63,992 bases of DNA from a virus. The translations under genes and the position numbers were made by a program. The stretch spans positions 1 to 63,992 of the IMG/VR virus record IMGVR_UViG_3300048929_000258, one strand, 5' to 3'. Below are positions 41,014 through 49,986 of this stretch, in pieces (position 1 is the stretch's first letter; each line of letters starts with the position of its first letter). The notes under the pieces were generated by a model. That model saw only the letters and a list, made by a program, of their open reading frames with translations, ran no database searches and was not told the DNA's origin.

Positions 41014-41883
41014 ATGGCAAATACAAAGACTGCGCCGGCCAAAGCAGCTGCCGGCAACACCAAGGGTCCGCAGACCGCAGGCAAGGGCAAGCAGGAAGTG
41101 GCGACCAAGAAGGACCAGCTGCCGGCAGTTGCTATCGACATGGCAGCTGACGCGGGCATGGGCAACGAGAACATCGACCGCGATTCGCTGGCGACACCGT
41201 TCTTGGCAATCGCACAGAAGATGTCGCCGCAGGTTGACAAGGACGATGACCGCTATGTAAAGGGTCTGGAAATCGGCGACCTGTTCCTCACCTCCAACAA
41301 CACCATCTTCAAAGATGAGGAAGGCGTTCAGATCGTCTTTTGCGGTTTCCAGCGCAAGTTCCTGCGTTGGGCTCCGCGCGATCAGGGCGGCGGCTTCAAG
41401 GGGGAAGTGGCAGTTGACGCGGTCGCTGCGGCTCGCGCAACGGGCGAGTTCACGGAAGTCGAAGGCAAGCTGTTCGCTGACAATGGCGATCTGATCCGCG
41501 ACACGCGCGTGCACTATGTCATGGTGCTGTTGCCGGATGGCAGCTATACGCCTGCGGTGCTGTCGATGGCTTCGACGCAGATCAAGAAGTCCAAGCAGTT
41601 GCTCACACAGCTGACGACGTACAAGCGCACCGAGAACGGCCGCACCTTCACGCCTCCGCAGTTCGGCCACATCTTCCGCGCCGAGACCATCGCGGAACAG
41701 AACGATCAGGGCAGCTGGCGCGGTTGGAAGTTCACGCGCGAAGCGGATGTGACGGATACCGATCTGTATCTGCAGTGCCGCTTGTTCTCGCAGCAGGTTG
41801 TGGATAACAAGGTCCGCGTTGACCACACGCAGGAAGCCGGGGCAGCGGGTAGCAGCACGGACGAAAACGGCGAAGGTTTCTAA
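41014..41883 (+). CDS. Hypothetical abundant-looking protein (possible ssDNA-binding or recombination role)
   Basis: 289 aa with a low-complexity basic N-terminus followed by a folded domain. A strong terminator follows it. The functional guess rests on context only. Confidence 0.35.
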   Translation: MANTKTAPAKAAAGNTKGPQTAGKGKQEVATKKDQLPAVAIDMAADAGMGNENIDRDSLATPFLAIAQKMSPQVDKDDDRYVKGLEIGDLFLTSNNTIFKDEEGVQIVFCGFQRKFLRWAPRDQGGGFKGEVAVDAVAAARATGEFTEVEGKLFADNGDLIRDTRVHYVMVLLPDGSYTPAVLSMASTQIKKSKQLLTQLTTYKRTENGRTFTPPQFGHIFRAETIAEQNDQGSWRGWKFTREADVTDTDLYLQCRLFSQQVVDNKVRVDHTQEAGAAGSSTDENGEGF

Positions 41884-41895
41884 CCTGAGCCTTTG

Positions 41896-41929
41896 GGACG
41901 GCTCTGTAATAGGAGCCGTCCAGTTTTAT
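41896..41929 (+). terminator. Rho-independent terminator
   Basis: GGACGGCTC-tgtaatag-GAGCCGTCC forms a 9-bp stem, followed by AGTTTTAT. Confidence 0.75.
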
Positions 41930-41947
41930 CCATAAAGGATACAGACA

Positions 41948-42052
41948 ATGTGGCGCATCTTCTTTAGCTTGGTAGGCCGCTTGGCGATTGCTGGCGCTAT
42001 CTCTGATGTTGCACACGCTCTACTCAAGATCGCAGAAGGAATGTCCAAATGA
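41948..42052 (+). CDS. Small hydrophobic protein (below the ORF-track cutoff)
   Basis: 34 aa (MWRIFFSLVGRLAIAGAISDVAHALLKIAEGMSK). AAGGA lies 8 nt upstream. ATGA overlap with the next gene. Confidence 0.4.
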   Translation: MWRIFFSLVGRLAIAGAISDVAHALLKIAEGMSK

Positions 42053-42261
42053 GCCGCTACAGGATCATTGAGCAGAGTGTGTCTTGCCATTGCTGCTTCG
42101 ATTTCACTGTTGTGGATAGCGGATCGTCTTACGACAAAAACGACACGTACAATCTCCGCACCTACGGTTTCGACTTCGTCAGCGTGTGTGAATGCTTTAC
42201 CAAGCCACACGCAGAATTGATCTGCAACGCACTTAACCAATCCATTGGAGATGCTACATGA
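42049..42261 (+). CDS. Hypothetical Cys-containing protein
   Basis: 70 aa ORF. Confidence 0.5.
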   Translation: MSRYRIIEQSVSCHCCFDFTVVDSGSSYDKNDTYNLRTYGFDFVSVCECFTKPHAELICNALNQSIGDAT

Positions 42262-42437
42262 GCATGCTATTCAAAGTCACCGCCCAAGGCGATACGATCT
42301 ATGTGCGCACGCAAGGCGACGGACGCGACGTGCCGGCAGTTATGGCCAAGCACTTTGGCGCGATCCCCGCTGGCATCTACAATGCCAAGGCTATCGAAGA
42401 ATCCGAACTGCCGGCAGGCGAGGAAGTGCTGGAATGA
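42258..42437 (+). CDS. Hypothetical small protein (below the ORF-track cutoff)
   Basis: 59 aa (MSMLFKVTAQGDTIYVRTQGDG...) with ATGA overlaps at both ends. Confidence 0.45.
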   Translation: MSMLFKVTAQGDTIYVRTQGDGRDVPAVMAKHFGAIPAGIYNAKAIEESELPAGEEVLE

Positions 42438-43036
42438 GTATGTACTGGCGATTCTTCCAAGTGATTGGCGGGCCTATCTGGGATAGCTTAGCAAGCATTC
42501 GCGCTCAGCGCATTGCTACTGAAAAGGCCGTCAAGAAGTTCATGAAGCAAATTGGTGCTGACAACTGTTATGGAACGTCGGCTGACAACTATGCTTTCAC
42601 GTTCCCCGCTGACAAGCGGCGCGAAATCAGCAAAGACGCTGCATGGTCGAAGCATCCACGTATCAGTGGAGCCTTTTACCCCGCTAAGCGAGCGAAGGAA
42701 GCAGCTGAGCTTCGTAGCCAGTTGAAGGAGCTTCCTGAGCTTCCTTCCATTCATGGATGTATTCGCGAAGCAGGTTTGATGGAAGGTTTTCCAGCCATCA
42801 TTGAAGGTGGCTTTGGCAAATCGTCTTCCGTCCGCTACTACGATGTTGATCGCCAGTTGCTCATCATTCAAGTTCCTTGGCGCGATGTTCCTGAATGGGA
42901 GTTGAACAAATACAAGAGAGAGCATGAAGCAGGCACTCATTCCTCCGCGTTCTATGATCACATGCTCTGGAAGCCTCACGACAGCATGGAAGAGATCAAG
43001 GAATGGCAGGCCTTGAAGCTGATATCTGGAGATTGA
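42434..43036 (+). CDS. Hypothetical protein
   Basis: 200 aa from ATG 42434. The frame is open from 42245, but that upstream part overlaps the 59-aa ORF and reads as Arg-rich out-of-frame sequence. Confidence 0.55.
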   Translation: MSMYWRFFQVIGGPIWDSLASIRAQRIATEKAVKKFMKQIGADNCYGTSADNYAFTFPADKRREISKDAAWSKHPRISGAFYPAKRAKEAAELRSQLKELPELPSIHGCIREAGLMEGFPAIIEGGFGKSSSVRYYDVDRQLLIIQVPWRDVPEWELNKYKREHEAGTHSSAFYDHMLWKPHDSMEEIKEWQALKLISGD

Positions 43037-43039
43037 GCT

Positions 43040-43366
43040 GTGGCCATCACGCACAAGAAAGATTCCATTCTAGTCATCACTATGGGCGAGTACTCATCCT
43101 ATCGCATCAAGGGTGTGTATCGCGTTCGTGTGGATACGGACTTGAATGAGCAATGGGATAGTTGGTGGAACGCGATCCCTGAGCATCGTCGTTTCCATTT
43201 CCGCGAGCAGCGCCAGGGTGGCGTCTATCACGATTCAGCGGAAAAGCTGATGGACTGGTTGGTCAATGTCGGTCTGATTGAACGAATTGAAGGAGTGAAT
43301 GAATTGTGCTTGGATGAATACAGCGCTGATGCACGTTACAAGAAAGGTTGTTATTCGGAGATTTAA
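43040..43366 (+). CDS. Hypothetical protein
   Basis: 108 aa with a GTG start. Confidence 0.5.
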   Translation: MAITHKKDSILVITMGEYSSYRIKGVYRVRVDTDLNEQWDSWWNAIPEHRRFHFREQRQGGVYHDSAEKLMDWLVNVGLIERIEGVNELCLDEYSADARYKKGCYSEI

Positions 43367-43367
43367 G

Positions 43368-44291
43368 ATGACCATCAAGCTCAGCAACAAAGACTTCCTC
43401 AATGCGCTATTCCGCGACATGCCAAGCGGTTGCCGAGCCACATTGCACTCTTTCACTGGTGATCCCAAGGACGTGAAGGGATGGGGTGCGACGCCGTGGC
43501 AAGTTGGCAAGATACTGCCTACGCTCAATCCATTTGCCAACAACTACTGCTCAGTCAGTTCGTTCGCTGAGCACAACGATGGCAAGTTCTATCGCCGCAA
43601 GGTCTTGTTCGCAGGGCTACACGCGGTGATGATTGATGATCTTGGCACTAAGCTTCCGATGAGCGATTTGAAGATGGAGCCGTCTGTACTGATCGAGACG
43701 TCACCGGGCAACTATCAGGCTTGGCTATTCCTCGCTAAGCCAATATTCACCATCGGTGGCGCTGAGACGCTCGTGAACGAGATGATCGCCAAAGGCATCA
43801 CCGCTGAGCTCGATCCGGGCATGAAGGGCGTCACGCGCGTCGCTCGCCTTCCGGTCTCCAGCAATGGCAAAGCCAAGTATCTGGGGCCGCGCGGTCAGGT
43901 CTGGCCGCAGGTTACCCATAAGGCTGCGCTAGACCAGCGCTACACACCGGAGGACATCGCGAAAGTCTACGGGCTAGACCTTACCCACAAGCGCGAAGCT
44001 CCGCCCCCGCCGCCCCCGCGCGCTGGTATCGACGCAGAGCGCGCAACTGTCATCAAATGGATCAAGCTATTTGGTCATCACAAAGCGGAGCTGCGACCGG
44101 GCTATCATGAGATCGTCTGCCCTTGGCTCGATAGCCATTCAGATGGCGCTGACACAGGAACCTACTACACTGAGCCGGAAGCGCTCAACAGCTGGCATGG
44201 CGGCTTCATGTGCCATCACGGCCACTGCGGTGAGCGCGACATTTCTGATCTGATGGGCTGGCTGCGCGCAATGAAGGACATGCACAAATGA
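43368..44291 (+). CDS. RepB-like DNA primase domain protein with a C-terminal Cys/His cluster
   Basis: 307 aa from ATG 43368. VMIDDLG and LIETSPGNYQAWLFL resemble plasmid RepB-type primase catalytic motifs. The C-terminus is CPWLDSHSD...CHHGHC. By-eye call. Confidence 0.5.
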   Translation: MTIKLSNKDFLNALFRDMPSGCRATLHSFTGDPKDVKGWGATPWQVGKILPTLNPFANNYCSVSSFAEHNDGKFYRRKVLFAGLHAVMIDDLGTKLPMSDLKMEPSVLIETSPGNYQAWLFLAKPIFTIGGAETLVNEMIAKGITAELDPGMKGVTRVARLPVSSNGKAKYLGPRGQVWPQVTHKAALDQRYTPEDIAKVYGLDLTHKREAPPPPPPRAGIDAERATVIKWIKLFGHHKAELRPGYHEIVCPWLDSHSDGADTGTYYTEPEALNSWHGGFMCHHGHCGERDISDLMGWLRAMKDMHK

Positions 44292-45067
44292 GTCAACTTC
44301 AAAAGCTAGATAACGATCTTTGGCTAAATGCGCAGCAAGGTGCCCACGTTTTTAAGTTTCCTGATCTTGACGAGTTTCCTGATGAAGCTCTGCAATTTGG
44401 TCAAGATGCTTCAAATCTTGGGCTAGTGTTCATTCCATTTCAGCTTTGCGTTTTTCGATGCTGTATGGAAGACCACGCAGTAAATTTTATGATGTATCTT
44501 GATTACATCAAAGAATCCGGCGACGCATTTCTTCAATGCGCAGCCAATATCGTCAGGAAATTGGATGGTGCTCGCGCAGTTTACGAATTTGGTTTCGTTT
44601 CAATTGACGGGCAAGTTCGCGGATGGATACCAGATGACAATCAAAAAATCATCAAAGACTCTAAATTGCCAGATGATCAGCAATTGGCGAAGCTACACTC
44701 TGCTATCTATTCAATGCTTGGTTTGTTATCGTCTGGTATGGGTAAAATAGAAACCATCCCTGCGCCTGAAAAGTTAAACAAAAAGCGTATTCAAAATGAC
44801 AAGCCGCCAATTACTGAGCATATCATTGTTCACATTCATCCAAAAGCAAGGAAGCGTTATCGAGCAGAAGCTCAGAGAAAAGGAGTAAAGCTGCATTGGA
44901 GGCGCGGACATCTTCGCAAGCTGGGTCGTGATCATATTGTCATTGTCAAGCCGCATCTTGTTGGTAGCAGGAAATATGGCGAAACAGTTGTTGATGCTTA
45001 TGATCTGAGATCAATGATCGCTATCAAACCCAAAGGTGTTCATCTTTCAATAGAGGATGCATCATGA
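44288..45067 (+). CDS. Hypothetical protein in a low-GC island
   Basis: 259 aa with an ATGA overlap. My hand count over 44281-44520 gives about 37-43% G+C per 60-nt line, against about 60% in the preceding line. Confidence 0.55.
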   Translation: MSQLQKLDNDLWLNAQQGAHVFKFPDLDEFPDEALQFGQDASNLGLVFIPFQLCVFRCCMEDHAVNFMMYLDYIKESGDAFLQCAANIVRKLDGARAVYEFGFVSIDGQVRGWIPDDNQKIIKDSKLPDDQQLAKLHSAIYSMLGLLSSGMGKIETIPAPEKLNKKRIQNDKPPITEHIIVHIHPKARKRYRAEAQRKGVKLHWRRGHLRKLGRDHIVIVKPHLVGSRKYGETVVDAYDLRSMIAIKPKGVHLSIEDAS

Positions 45068-45330
45068 CCACATTCCAAAACGATCCGCCAAGCTATCCGC
45101 GACCGCCAGCGCCTCCAGCACCGCCAAAGCCAAGCCCATTGCAAGCAACCAAACGTCATTTGTGCCCTGATTGTGGTTCGCGGCTAGAGATGACAACCGT
45201 CATTGACGTTGGTTCCAATCGTCAGGCTAAGTTCAAGTCGCTTGTGGACTGGATTATCGCGCCCATTGATCAATGCCCGCTTTGCGAGGGGATGAAGGGG
45301 AAGGCAGATGCTGACGTTCCAAAAGATTGA
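45064..45330 (+). CDS. Pro-rich / zinc-ribbon small protein
   Basis: 88 aa. YPRPPAPPAPPKPSP is followed by CPDCG ... CPLCEG. Confidence 0.5.
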   Translation: MTTFQNDPPSYPRPPAPPAPPKPSPLQATKRHLCPDCGSRLEMTTVIDVGSNRQAKFKSLVDWIIAPIDQCPLCEGMKGKADADVPKD

Positions 45331-45601
45331 ACACGAGAGCGGTGGCGTTGCTTACAGCGTCATTCATGATAATGGCGTTGAGATTGGATCGCTATATATG
45401 GAGGTGGATGGGTACTGGGTGTTCTATCCGATCCAGCGCCACGGTTATTGGGATGCAAATACGCTGATCAAGATCGCTCGTCGCCTACACAAGATGAACC
45501 GTAAGTGGCACGCGCAGGTTTGTGCGGCAATGGAGTCAGTCAATGGTGACGAAGCGTCGTCCGACATATCCTATGAACCGTTCAATGATCTTTCTAGGTG
45601 A
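45308..45601 (+). CDS. Hypothetical protein
   Basis: 97 aa ORF. Confidence 0.5.
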   Translation: MLTFQKIEHESGGVAYSVIHDNGVEIGSLYMEVDGYWVFYPIQRHGYWDANTLIKIARRLHKMNRKWHAQVCAAMESVNGDEASSDISYEPFNDLSR

Positions 45602-45656
45602 GCCCAAGAAAGGAGCCATCGACGCAAGACCGATGACGGGGAGAAGGAGCAGCAAG

Positions 45657-45815
45657 ATGAATGAGTTCAACAAGATGCTGGAGAAACTACAGGAAGCCTA
45701 CGCAGAGAAGTTTGAAGGACGTGGAGAGCCATTCCACATGGAGGATTTGATTGATACTCGTATCAACGAGATCAAAATGGAAATGCGCGCATTCGTCAGG
45801 AGGAATCTAAAGTGA
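45657..45815 (+). CDS. Hypothetical small protein
   Basis: 52 aa from ATG 45657 after GAAGGAG (frame open from 45522). Confidence 0.45.
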   Translation: MNEFNKMLEKLQEAYAEKFEGRGEPFHMEDLIDTRINEIKMEMRAFVRRNLK

Positions 45816-46012
45816 GATTGTTACTGTGCTGTATCATGATTGGCGTGTTGCTTGCGGGCTGCCGCCCAGCAGCTGATGCGCCTCGTGAAGATCGAACCAT
45901 CATGTGGGATAGTGATGGCTGCGCTTACTCTGTCGAGCATCAAGTGGCAGACTCGTTCTTCGTTCATCGTTTGCCAGATGTAGATATCTCAACCGACTGT
46001 AAAAGGAAATGA
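45812..46012 (+). CDS. Small lipoprotein
   Basis: 66 aa with a GTG start in a GTGA overlap. Signal peptide with lipobox LAGC (MRLLLCCIMIGVLLAGC). Confidence 0.55.
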   Translation: MRLLLCCIMIGVLLAGCRPAADAPREDRTIMWDSDGCAYSVEHQVADSFFVHRLPDVDISTDCKRK

Positions 46013-46410
46013 CAATGTTCAATCAATTGACCGATCAGCAAATGGAACGCCTGTTCTATCTTTCTGAGGAACTGGGCGAGGCACAAAAGGCTGTTGCCAA
46101 GATTCTTCGGCATGGCTATGCCTCTGGCAATCCCGACAAGATCGTTAATCAGACCGACAAAGGCATCGTCTACGACAACAAGATGGAGCTGGAAGATGAA
46201 ATGAGCGACGTGATGCGCGCTATGAATTTCCTCTGCCGCGCGGGCGAGCTTGATGTACAGCGCATGACGATCCAGTCGATGGATGAAACGCGTGTCAAGA
46301 AATATCTCCATCGCGCGGGCGAGCTTGATGTACAGCGCATGACGATCCAGTCGATGGATGAAACGCGTGTCAAGAAATATCTCCATCACGATGCTGACAT
46401 TCCGTTCTGA
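46009..46410 (+). CDS. MazG-like all-alpha NTP pyrophosphohydrolase with an internal 25-aa duplication
   Basis: 133 aa. LSEELGEAQKAV ... ELEDEMSDVMRAM is MazG-like. RAGELDVQRMTIQSMDETRVKKYLH occurs twice in tandem. Confidence 0.6.
   Translation: MTMFNQLTDQQMERLFYLSEELGEAQKAVAKILRHGYASGNPDKIVNQTDKGIVYDNKMELEDEMSDVMRAMNFLCRAGELDVQRMTIQSMDETRVKKYLHRAGELDVQRMTIQSMDETRVKKYLHHDADIPF
46237..46386 (+). repeat. Perfect 75-bp x 2 in-frame tandem duplication
   Basis: CGCGCGGGCGAGCTTGATGTACAGCGCATGACGATCCAGTCGATGGATGAAACGCGTGTCAAGAAATATCTCCAT occurs at 46237-46311 and again at 46312-46386. Confidence 0.9.
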
Positions 46411-46419
46411 GGTGATGCG

Positions 46420-46659
46420 ATGAACCTTTCCGATATCGATGCTGTTGTGCGACTGTGTGAGGAACGCAAGACGCTCAATCGTCACTATGATGAAATCTAT
46501 GAGCACAAAAACAATGTGCTTGGCGTCACCATTCGCGGAACTTATCAGGATGATCGCCTTGTCAATGCTGTTCGACCGATTGTGCTTGATGACATATCCG
46601 CGCGCATTCGTGAGATCGACAAGTGCCTGCTGGAACTTAATGTGAGGGCTGATCAATGA
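46420..46659 (+). CDS. Hypothetical protein
   Basis: 79 aa ORF. Confidence 0.5.
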   Translation: MNLSDIDAVVRLCEERKTLNRHYDEIYEHKNNVLGVTIRGTYQDDRLVNAVRPIVLDDISARIREIDKCLLELNVRADQ

Positions 46660-47297
46660 GCAAGATGACGTTTGAGCAGTATCGCGACAAGGAAGGCTTT
46701 CCGCTGAATTCGACGCAGGAGAGGCTTTGGCGCAAATGCTGGAATACAGCACAGCGAGAATTGCTGAAAGACTTCACACATGAGCAATCGTATAGCGAAG
46801 GCAGTATCGGTGATGGAGCTGCGATCTTGTACAACGGCCAGATGCTCAAGGTGGATGAGATCATTTCACATCTCAATACCAACTTGGCGTATGCTGAAAT
46901 GCGCGGAAAGGAGCGCAATGATCTGGATGAACGCCTTACGCGAGCGCTGATTGAGGTTAATCGCCTTGAGCGCGAATTGGAGCAGCATCGTGAAGTAACC
47001 ACATCGCGCAATGTATTGGTCAAGCAACTTGATGATCTTCTCAATGGCGCTGAGAACGCTGCTGCTGCGCCTTCGCTTTGCGATATTGTTTCACAGGTTG
47101 CGCATCATGTTCGCCAAAATGGAGGACCGCTGCTAGGTGAGACGCCATTCAATCGCATCAGCCAGCAAATTCGCGACGTGCTTGGCAGCATCAACACGAT
47201 ACAGACCAATCTAGATTTCAATACCAACAAAGTCATCACGCAAATCCAGCTGAGCACAGATCGTCTCAAGGGCTCAAACATCCCCGGTCCACGCTAA
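46656..47297 (+). CDS. Hypothetical coiled-coil protein
   Basis: 213 aa with an ATGA overlap. Confidence 0.5.
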   Translation: MSKMTFEQYRDKEGFPLNSTQERLWRKCWNTAQRELLKDFTHEQSYSEGSIGDGAAILYNGQMLKVDEIISHLNTNLAYAEMRGKERNDLDERLTRALIEVNRLERELEQHREVTTSRNVLVKQLDDLLNGAENAAAAPSLCDIVSQVAHHVRQNGGPLLGETPFNRISQQIRDVLGSINTIQTNLDFNTNKVITQIQLSTDRLKGSNIPGPR

Positions 47298-47503
47298 TGC
47301 CGCGCCCATTCAACGTTGCCTTCGCAGATACCAATTCGCCGCGCATGCGCAAGGCAAATAAATTGATTGATGACTTGGTGGCGGCAGCGCGCGTGTTTGA
47401 ATTCACCAGCTCCAATGTACAAAGCACATCCTATCAAATCGCCAAGCAAAATTTGGAAGGGGCTAGGATGGAATTGCGTCGCTTTGTTAGGGAACTCAAA
47501 TAG
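47297..47503 (+). CDS. Hypothetical protein
   Basis: 68 aa with a TAATG junction. Confidence 0.5.
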   Translation: MPRPFNVAFADTNSPRMRKANKLIDDLVAAARVFEFTSSNVQSTSYQIAKQNLEGARMELRRFVRELK

Positions 47504-47547
47504 CTCGCGCGATAGAATCTGAATCGAACCATATAGGAGAATGCTTC

Positions 47548-47691
47548 ATGGGCAATGTACAGTTTATGACAGCTGATGAGCAGATGGGGATGATCATGGG
47601 CGTCAAGTTCTACATGAAGACCTTCAACCGCAAGCTGGCAGTGGAATGCTTCAACTATTGTGAGCTGCGTCGTCGGGGGATCGTGTCATGA
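47548..47691 (+). CDS. Hypothetical small protein (below the ORF-track cutoff)
   Basis: 47 aa with AGGAG 8 nt upstream and an ATGA overlap on the next gene. Confidence 0.45.
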   Translation: MGNVQFMTADEQMGMIMGVKFYMKTFNRKLAVECFNYCELRRRGIVS

Positions 47692-48137
47692 GGGGTGATG
47701 CGTTCTGGATCATGCTGTTTGCGATTTGCGTGTTCATCGGTTCAGCAATTGGACTGATCTGGGTTGAATGGCCGCGCCACAAGCCTCCTACTTGGAGCTG
47801 GTTTCGCTTCTTCAACACGCGCAAATGCAAGGAATGCGGCTGCCGCGAGTTCTACCATGAGCCAACCGTCATCGATCAAGGCATGATGATTGTGCTGGAA
47901 GAATCCATCAGATGCATTGCTTGTCGCAATGAGCACAACTTCTGGGCCTATGGATCGTATCAGCATCCTCGCACACACACAGAAGCTATCCGCATTTGGT
48001 GGAATAGAGTTCTGCTTGGTAGCATCTATGATTGGAAGCTTTCCAGACTGAGATATTCATATAGTCAATCAATCAGAATTGCTCCACGAGAACGGATCGT
48101 ACAGGTACTGAAGAAGTTCTCACGCTATCAGGACTGA
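47688..48137 (+). CDS. Membrane-anchored Cys-cluster protein
   Basis: 149 aa. N-terminal TM segment (FWIMLFAICVFIGSAIGLIWV), then CKECGC ... CIAC. Confidence 0.5.
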   Translation: MRGDAFWIMLFAICVFIGSAIGLIWVEWPRHKPPTWSWFRFFNTRKCKECGCREFYHEPTVIDQGMMIVLEESIRCIACRNEHNFWAYGSYQHPRTHTEAIRIWWNRVLLGSIYDWKLSRLRYSYSQSIRIAPRERIVQVLKKFSRYQD

Positions 48138-48141
48138 CATC

Positions 48142-48588
48142 ATGGACGCGATCCGCTTTCGCATCGCGCTCGCCGGACTCATCATCCATGCAGCGCGCGC
48201 TTACATCCTTGAGCACGTCAAAGTGGTTCCTTCTGAACGCGTCGAAGGTACGCGACGCTTTATCAATCGATGCTGGGAATGGCAAGGTGGAGGCGACGGA
48301 CGTTATGGTCATGCTTACTTTCTCGGACGTCGCTATAAAGCGCACGTGCTTGCCTATCTGGCGTTTATCGGAACCTTCAAAAGACATCACGTCATCGATC
48401 ATCACAAGTGCAACAATCCAGCGTGCTGTAGTCCGTTTCACTTGCGCGCAGTTACGCAATCGCACAACATCAAGCGCGCCTATGCGCTGGGTCGTGTTCG
48501 CAATCCCAATCCACGCCTGAAAGTGAATGGCATCGAGCCAACAGGCGTCATCATTGATGAAGTAACGGAGAACAGTAATGGCATATGA
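48142..48588 (+). CDS. HNH endonuclease (free-standing)
   Basis: 148 aa. GRYGHAYFLGRRYKAHVLAY ... VIDHHKCNNPACCSPFHLRAVTQSHNI is an HNH_3-type motif. Confidence 0.7.
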   Translation: MDAIRFRIALAGLIIHAARAYILEHVKVVPSERVEGTRRFINRCWEWQGGGDGRYGHAYFLGRRYKAHVLAYLAFIGTFKRHHVIDHHKCNNPACCSPFHLRAVTQSHNIKRAYALGRVRNPNPRLKVNGIEPTGVIIDEVTENSNGI

Positions 48589-48874
48589 TCATTTGAATGA
48601 TGCGCTGAGCGGCGTACCTGAACGTGCCCATCACGCTACCTCGCGCACTGCGGAAAGCGCGCAGCGCAATGAGGCTGATCACAATATCGTGGAAGGCATT
48701 CGCGAGCTATGCGGCAATATCGCTTCTGGCGAATCAGAAGCCGTGCTGATCTATCAGGACGATGCGACGCACGAATGGTTCTGTAAGGCTGGATCGATTG
48801 AAGGCCACGGACAAACGCTGCGCTCGGCAGTGCGTGATGCGATGAAGCGCGCCCACATCGTGATAAAGGGGTAA
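48578..48874 (+). CDS. Hypothetical protein
   Basis: 98 aa ORF. Confidence 0.5.
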   Translation: MAYDHLNDALSGVPERAHHATSRTAESAQRNEADHNIVEGIRELCGNIASGESEAVLIYQDDATHEWFCKAGSIEGHGQTLRSAVRDAMKRAHIVIKG

Positions 48875-48880
48875 TGCGCC

Positions 48881-49603
48881 ATGATTGTGAATAATATTCG
48901 CGCTGCGCAGACGCTGATACAAAGCATTCAAGAAGGCATGTTCAAGAATGACTTGACTGTCACCATAAACCAAGCGCAAAAATATCTCAATGAGGCTGCT
49001 GACAACGCAAACAAGATTCCTGGCGTTGTACTAGAGCAAATCGCTCATAGCAGCATGATGGCATATCACCTGCCGGGCGAAGCTGAGAGGGTCAGTGTCA
49101 GTCTGGAGGTGTTCGGATCGGAAGCTGCGATCAATAAACTCAGCGAGCTGCTACACAACTCTGCGATGACGATGGGAATTGGCGATGGCAGCGGAAAGCT
49201 GTTCGTTCATGGAGACTATGATTCCATTGCTCAGTTGCGCTCAATCCTTGGGCAGAATGAAGAACAGCGACGCGCTATCAACTCAATGAAAGCTGAGCTG
49301 GAGCGCTCGCGCAATCGCTCTGTGATTGATGCTTGTCAGAAGGCACAAAAGCTCAGCGCAGACGTGACCATCAGCGAGATGAATTCGCTGGTGCGTTGGC
49401 AGAGTGAGCTGGACTACGGTGGCGAGAAGCTGACCATCATACACAGCGACAAGTTCGCTGATGGCTGCTATTACGTTCGTCATTCGTTTGGCGATGGTAG
49501 TGTTGCTGAGAACATCTACCCCGCGTACAACCATCTTGGCGCGTTGCTTCTTGCGAAGAATGCTGACCTCAACTATGCAGTTCCGCTGGAGTGGTTCTCA
49601 TGA
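48881..49603 (+). CDS. Hypothetical protein
   Basis: 240 aa ORF. Confidence 0.55.
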   Translation: MIVNNIRAAQTLIQSIQEGMFKNDLTVTINQAQKYLNEAADNANKIPGVVLEQIAHSSMMAYHLPGEAERVSVSLEVFGSEAAINKLSELLHNSAMTMGIGDGSGKLFVHGDYDSIAQLRSILGQNEEQRRAINSMKAELERSRNRSVIDACQKAQKLSADVTISEMNSLVRWQSELDYGGEKLTIIHSDKFADGCYYVRHSFGDGSVAENIYPAYNHLGALLLAKNADLNYAVPLEWFS

Positions 49604-49986
49604 AGATGTGCCAATCCCATTGGGACAAGATCATTGCTGCTATCAAGGAGCGCGGCCTGTGGCATCTCGTTGCGCAAAGCGGCGAAGAAGCAGTAACCAA
49701 TCTTCAAAAAGAAGCAGCAGGCGAAGCTTGCAACTACGATCCGTTGATGGCAGTCAACAACATGATCTTCGCGCGCGCAATTGAGCAGGGCGGTCTGTAC
49801 TTGATGGCGGCCGATTACTGCCCGATCTGCGAGGTGATGAAATATCACGCTGGCGGCGTTGACGCGGACGGAAAGACTTGGACCGCTGAAATGATTGAGA
49901 CACATTGGGTAGATGGCCTGGCAGATATCGCTCTGGATGTCTGTCGCGATCTTAAGCTGATGCCGCCAAAGGAGTCATTGCAATGA
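49600..49986 (+). CDS. Hypothetical Cys-containing protein
   Basis: 128 aa from ATG 49600 (ATGA overlap; GTG 49591 is also in frame). Confidence 0.5.
   Translation: MKMCQSHWDKIIAAIKERGLWHLVAQSGEEAVTNLQKEAAGEACNYDPLMAVNNMIFARAIEQGGLYLMAADYCPICEVMKYHAGGVDADGKTWTAEMIETHWVDGLADIALDVCRDLKLMPPKESLQ

Noticed and set aside
40492-41826. 444-aa ORF on the minus strand
   Set aside because: It is antisense to three well-supported, coupled plus-strand genes. It is Arg/Leu/Ala-rich with no RBS or operon context. This is a typical shadow ORF of GC-rich coding sequence.
45964-46752. 262-aa ORF on the minus strand
   Set aside because: It is antisense to four coupled plus-strand genes, including the MazG-like gene. 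It simply mirrors the 75-bp duplication.
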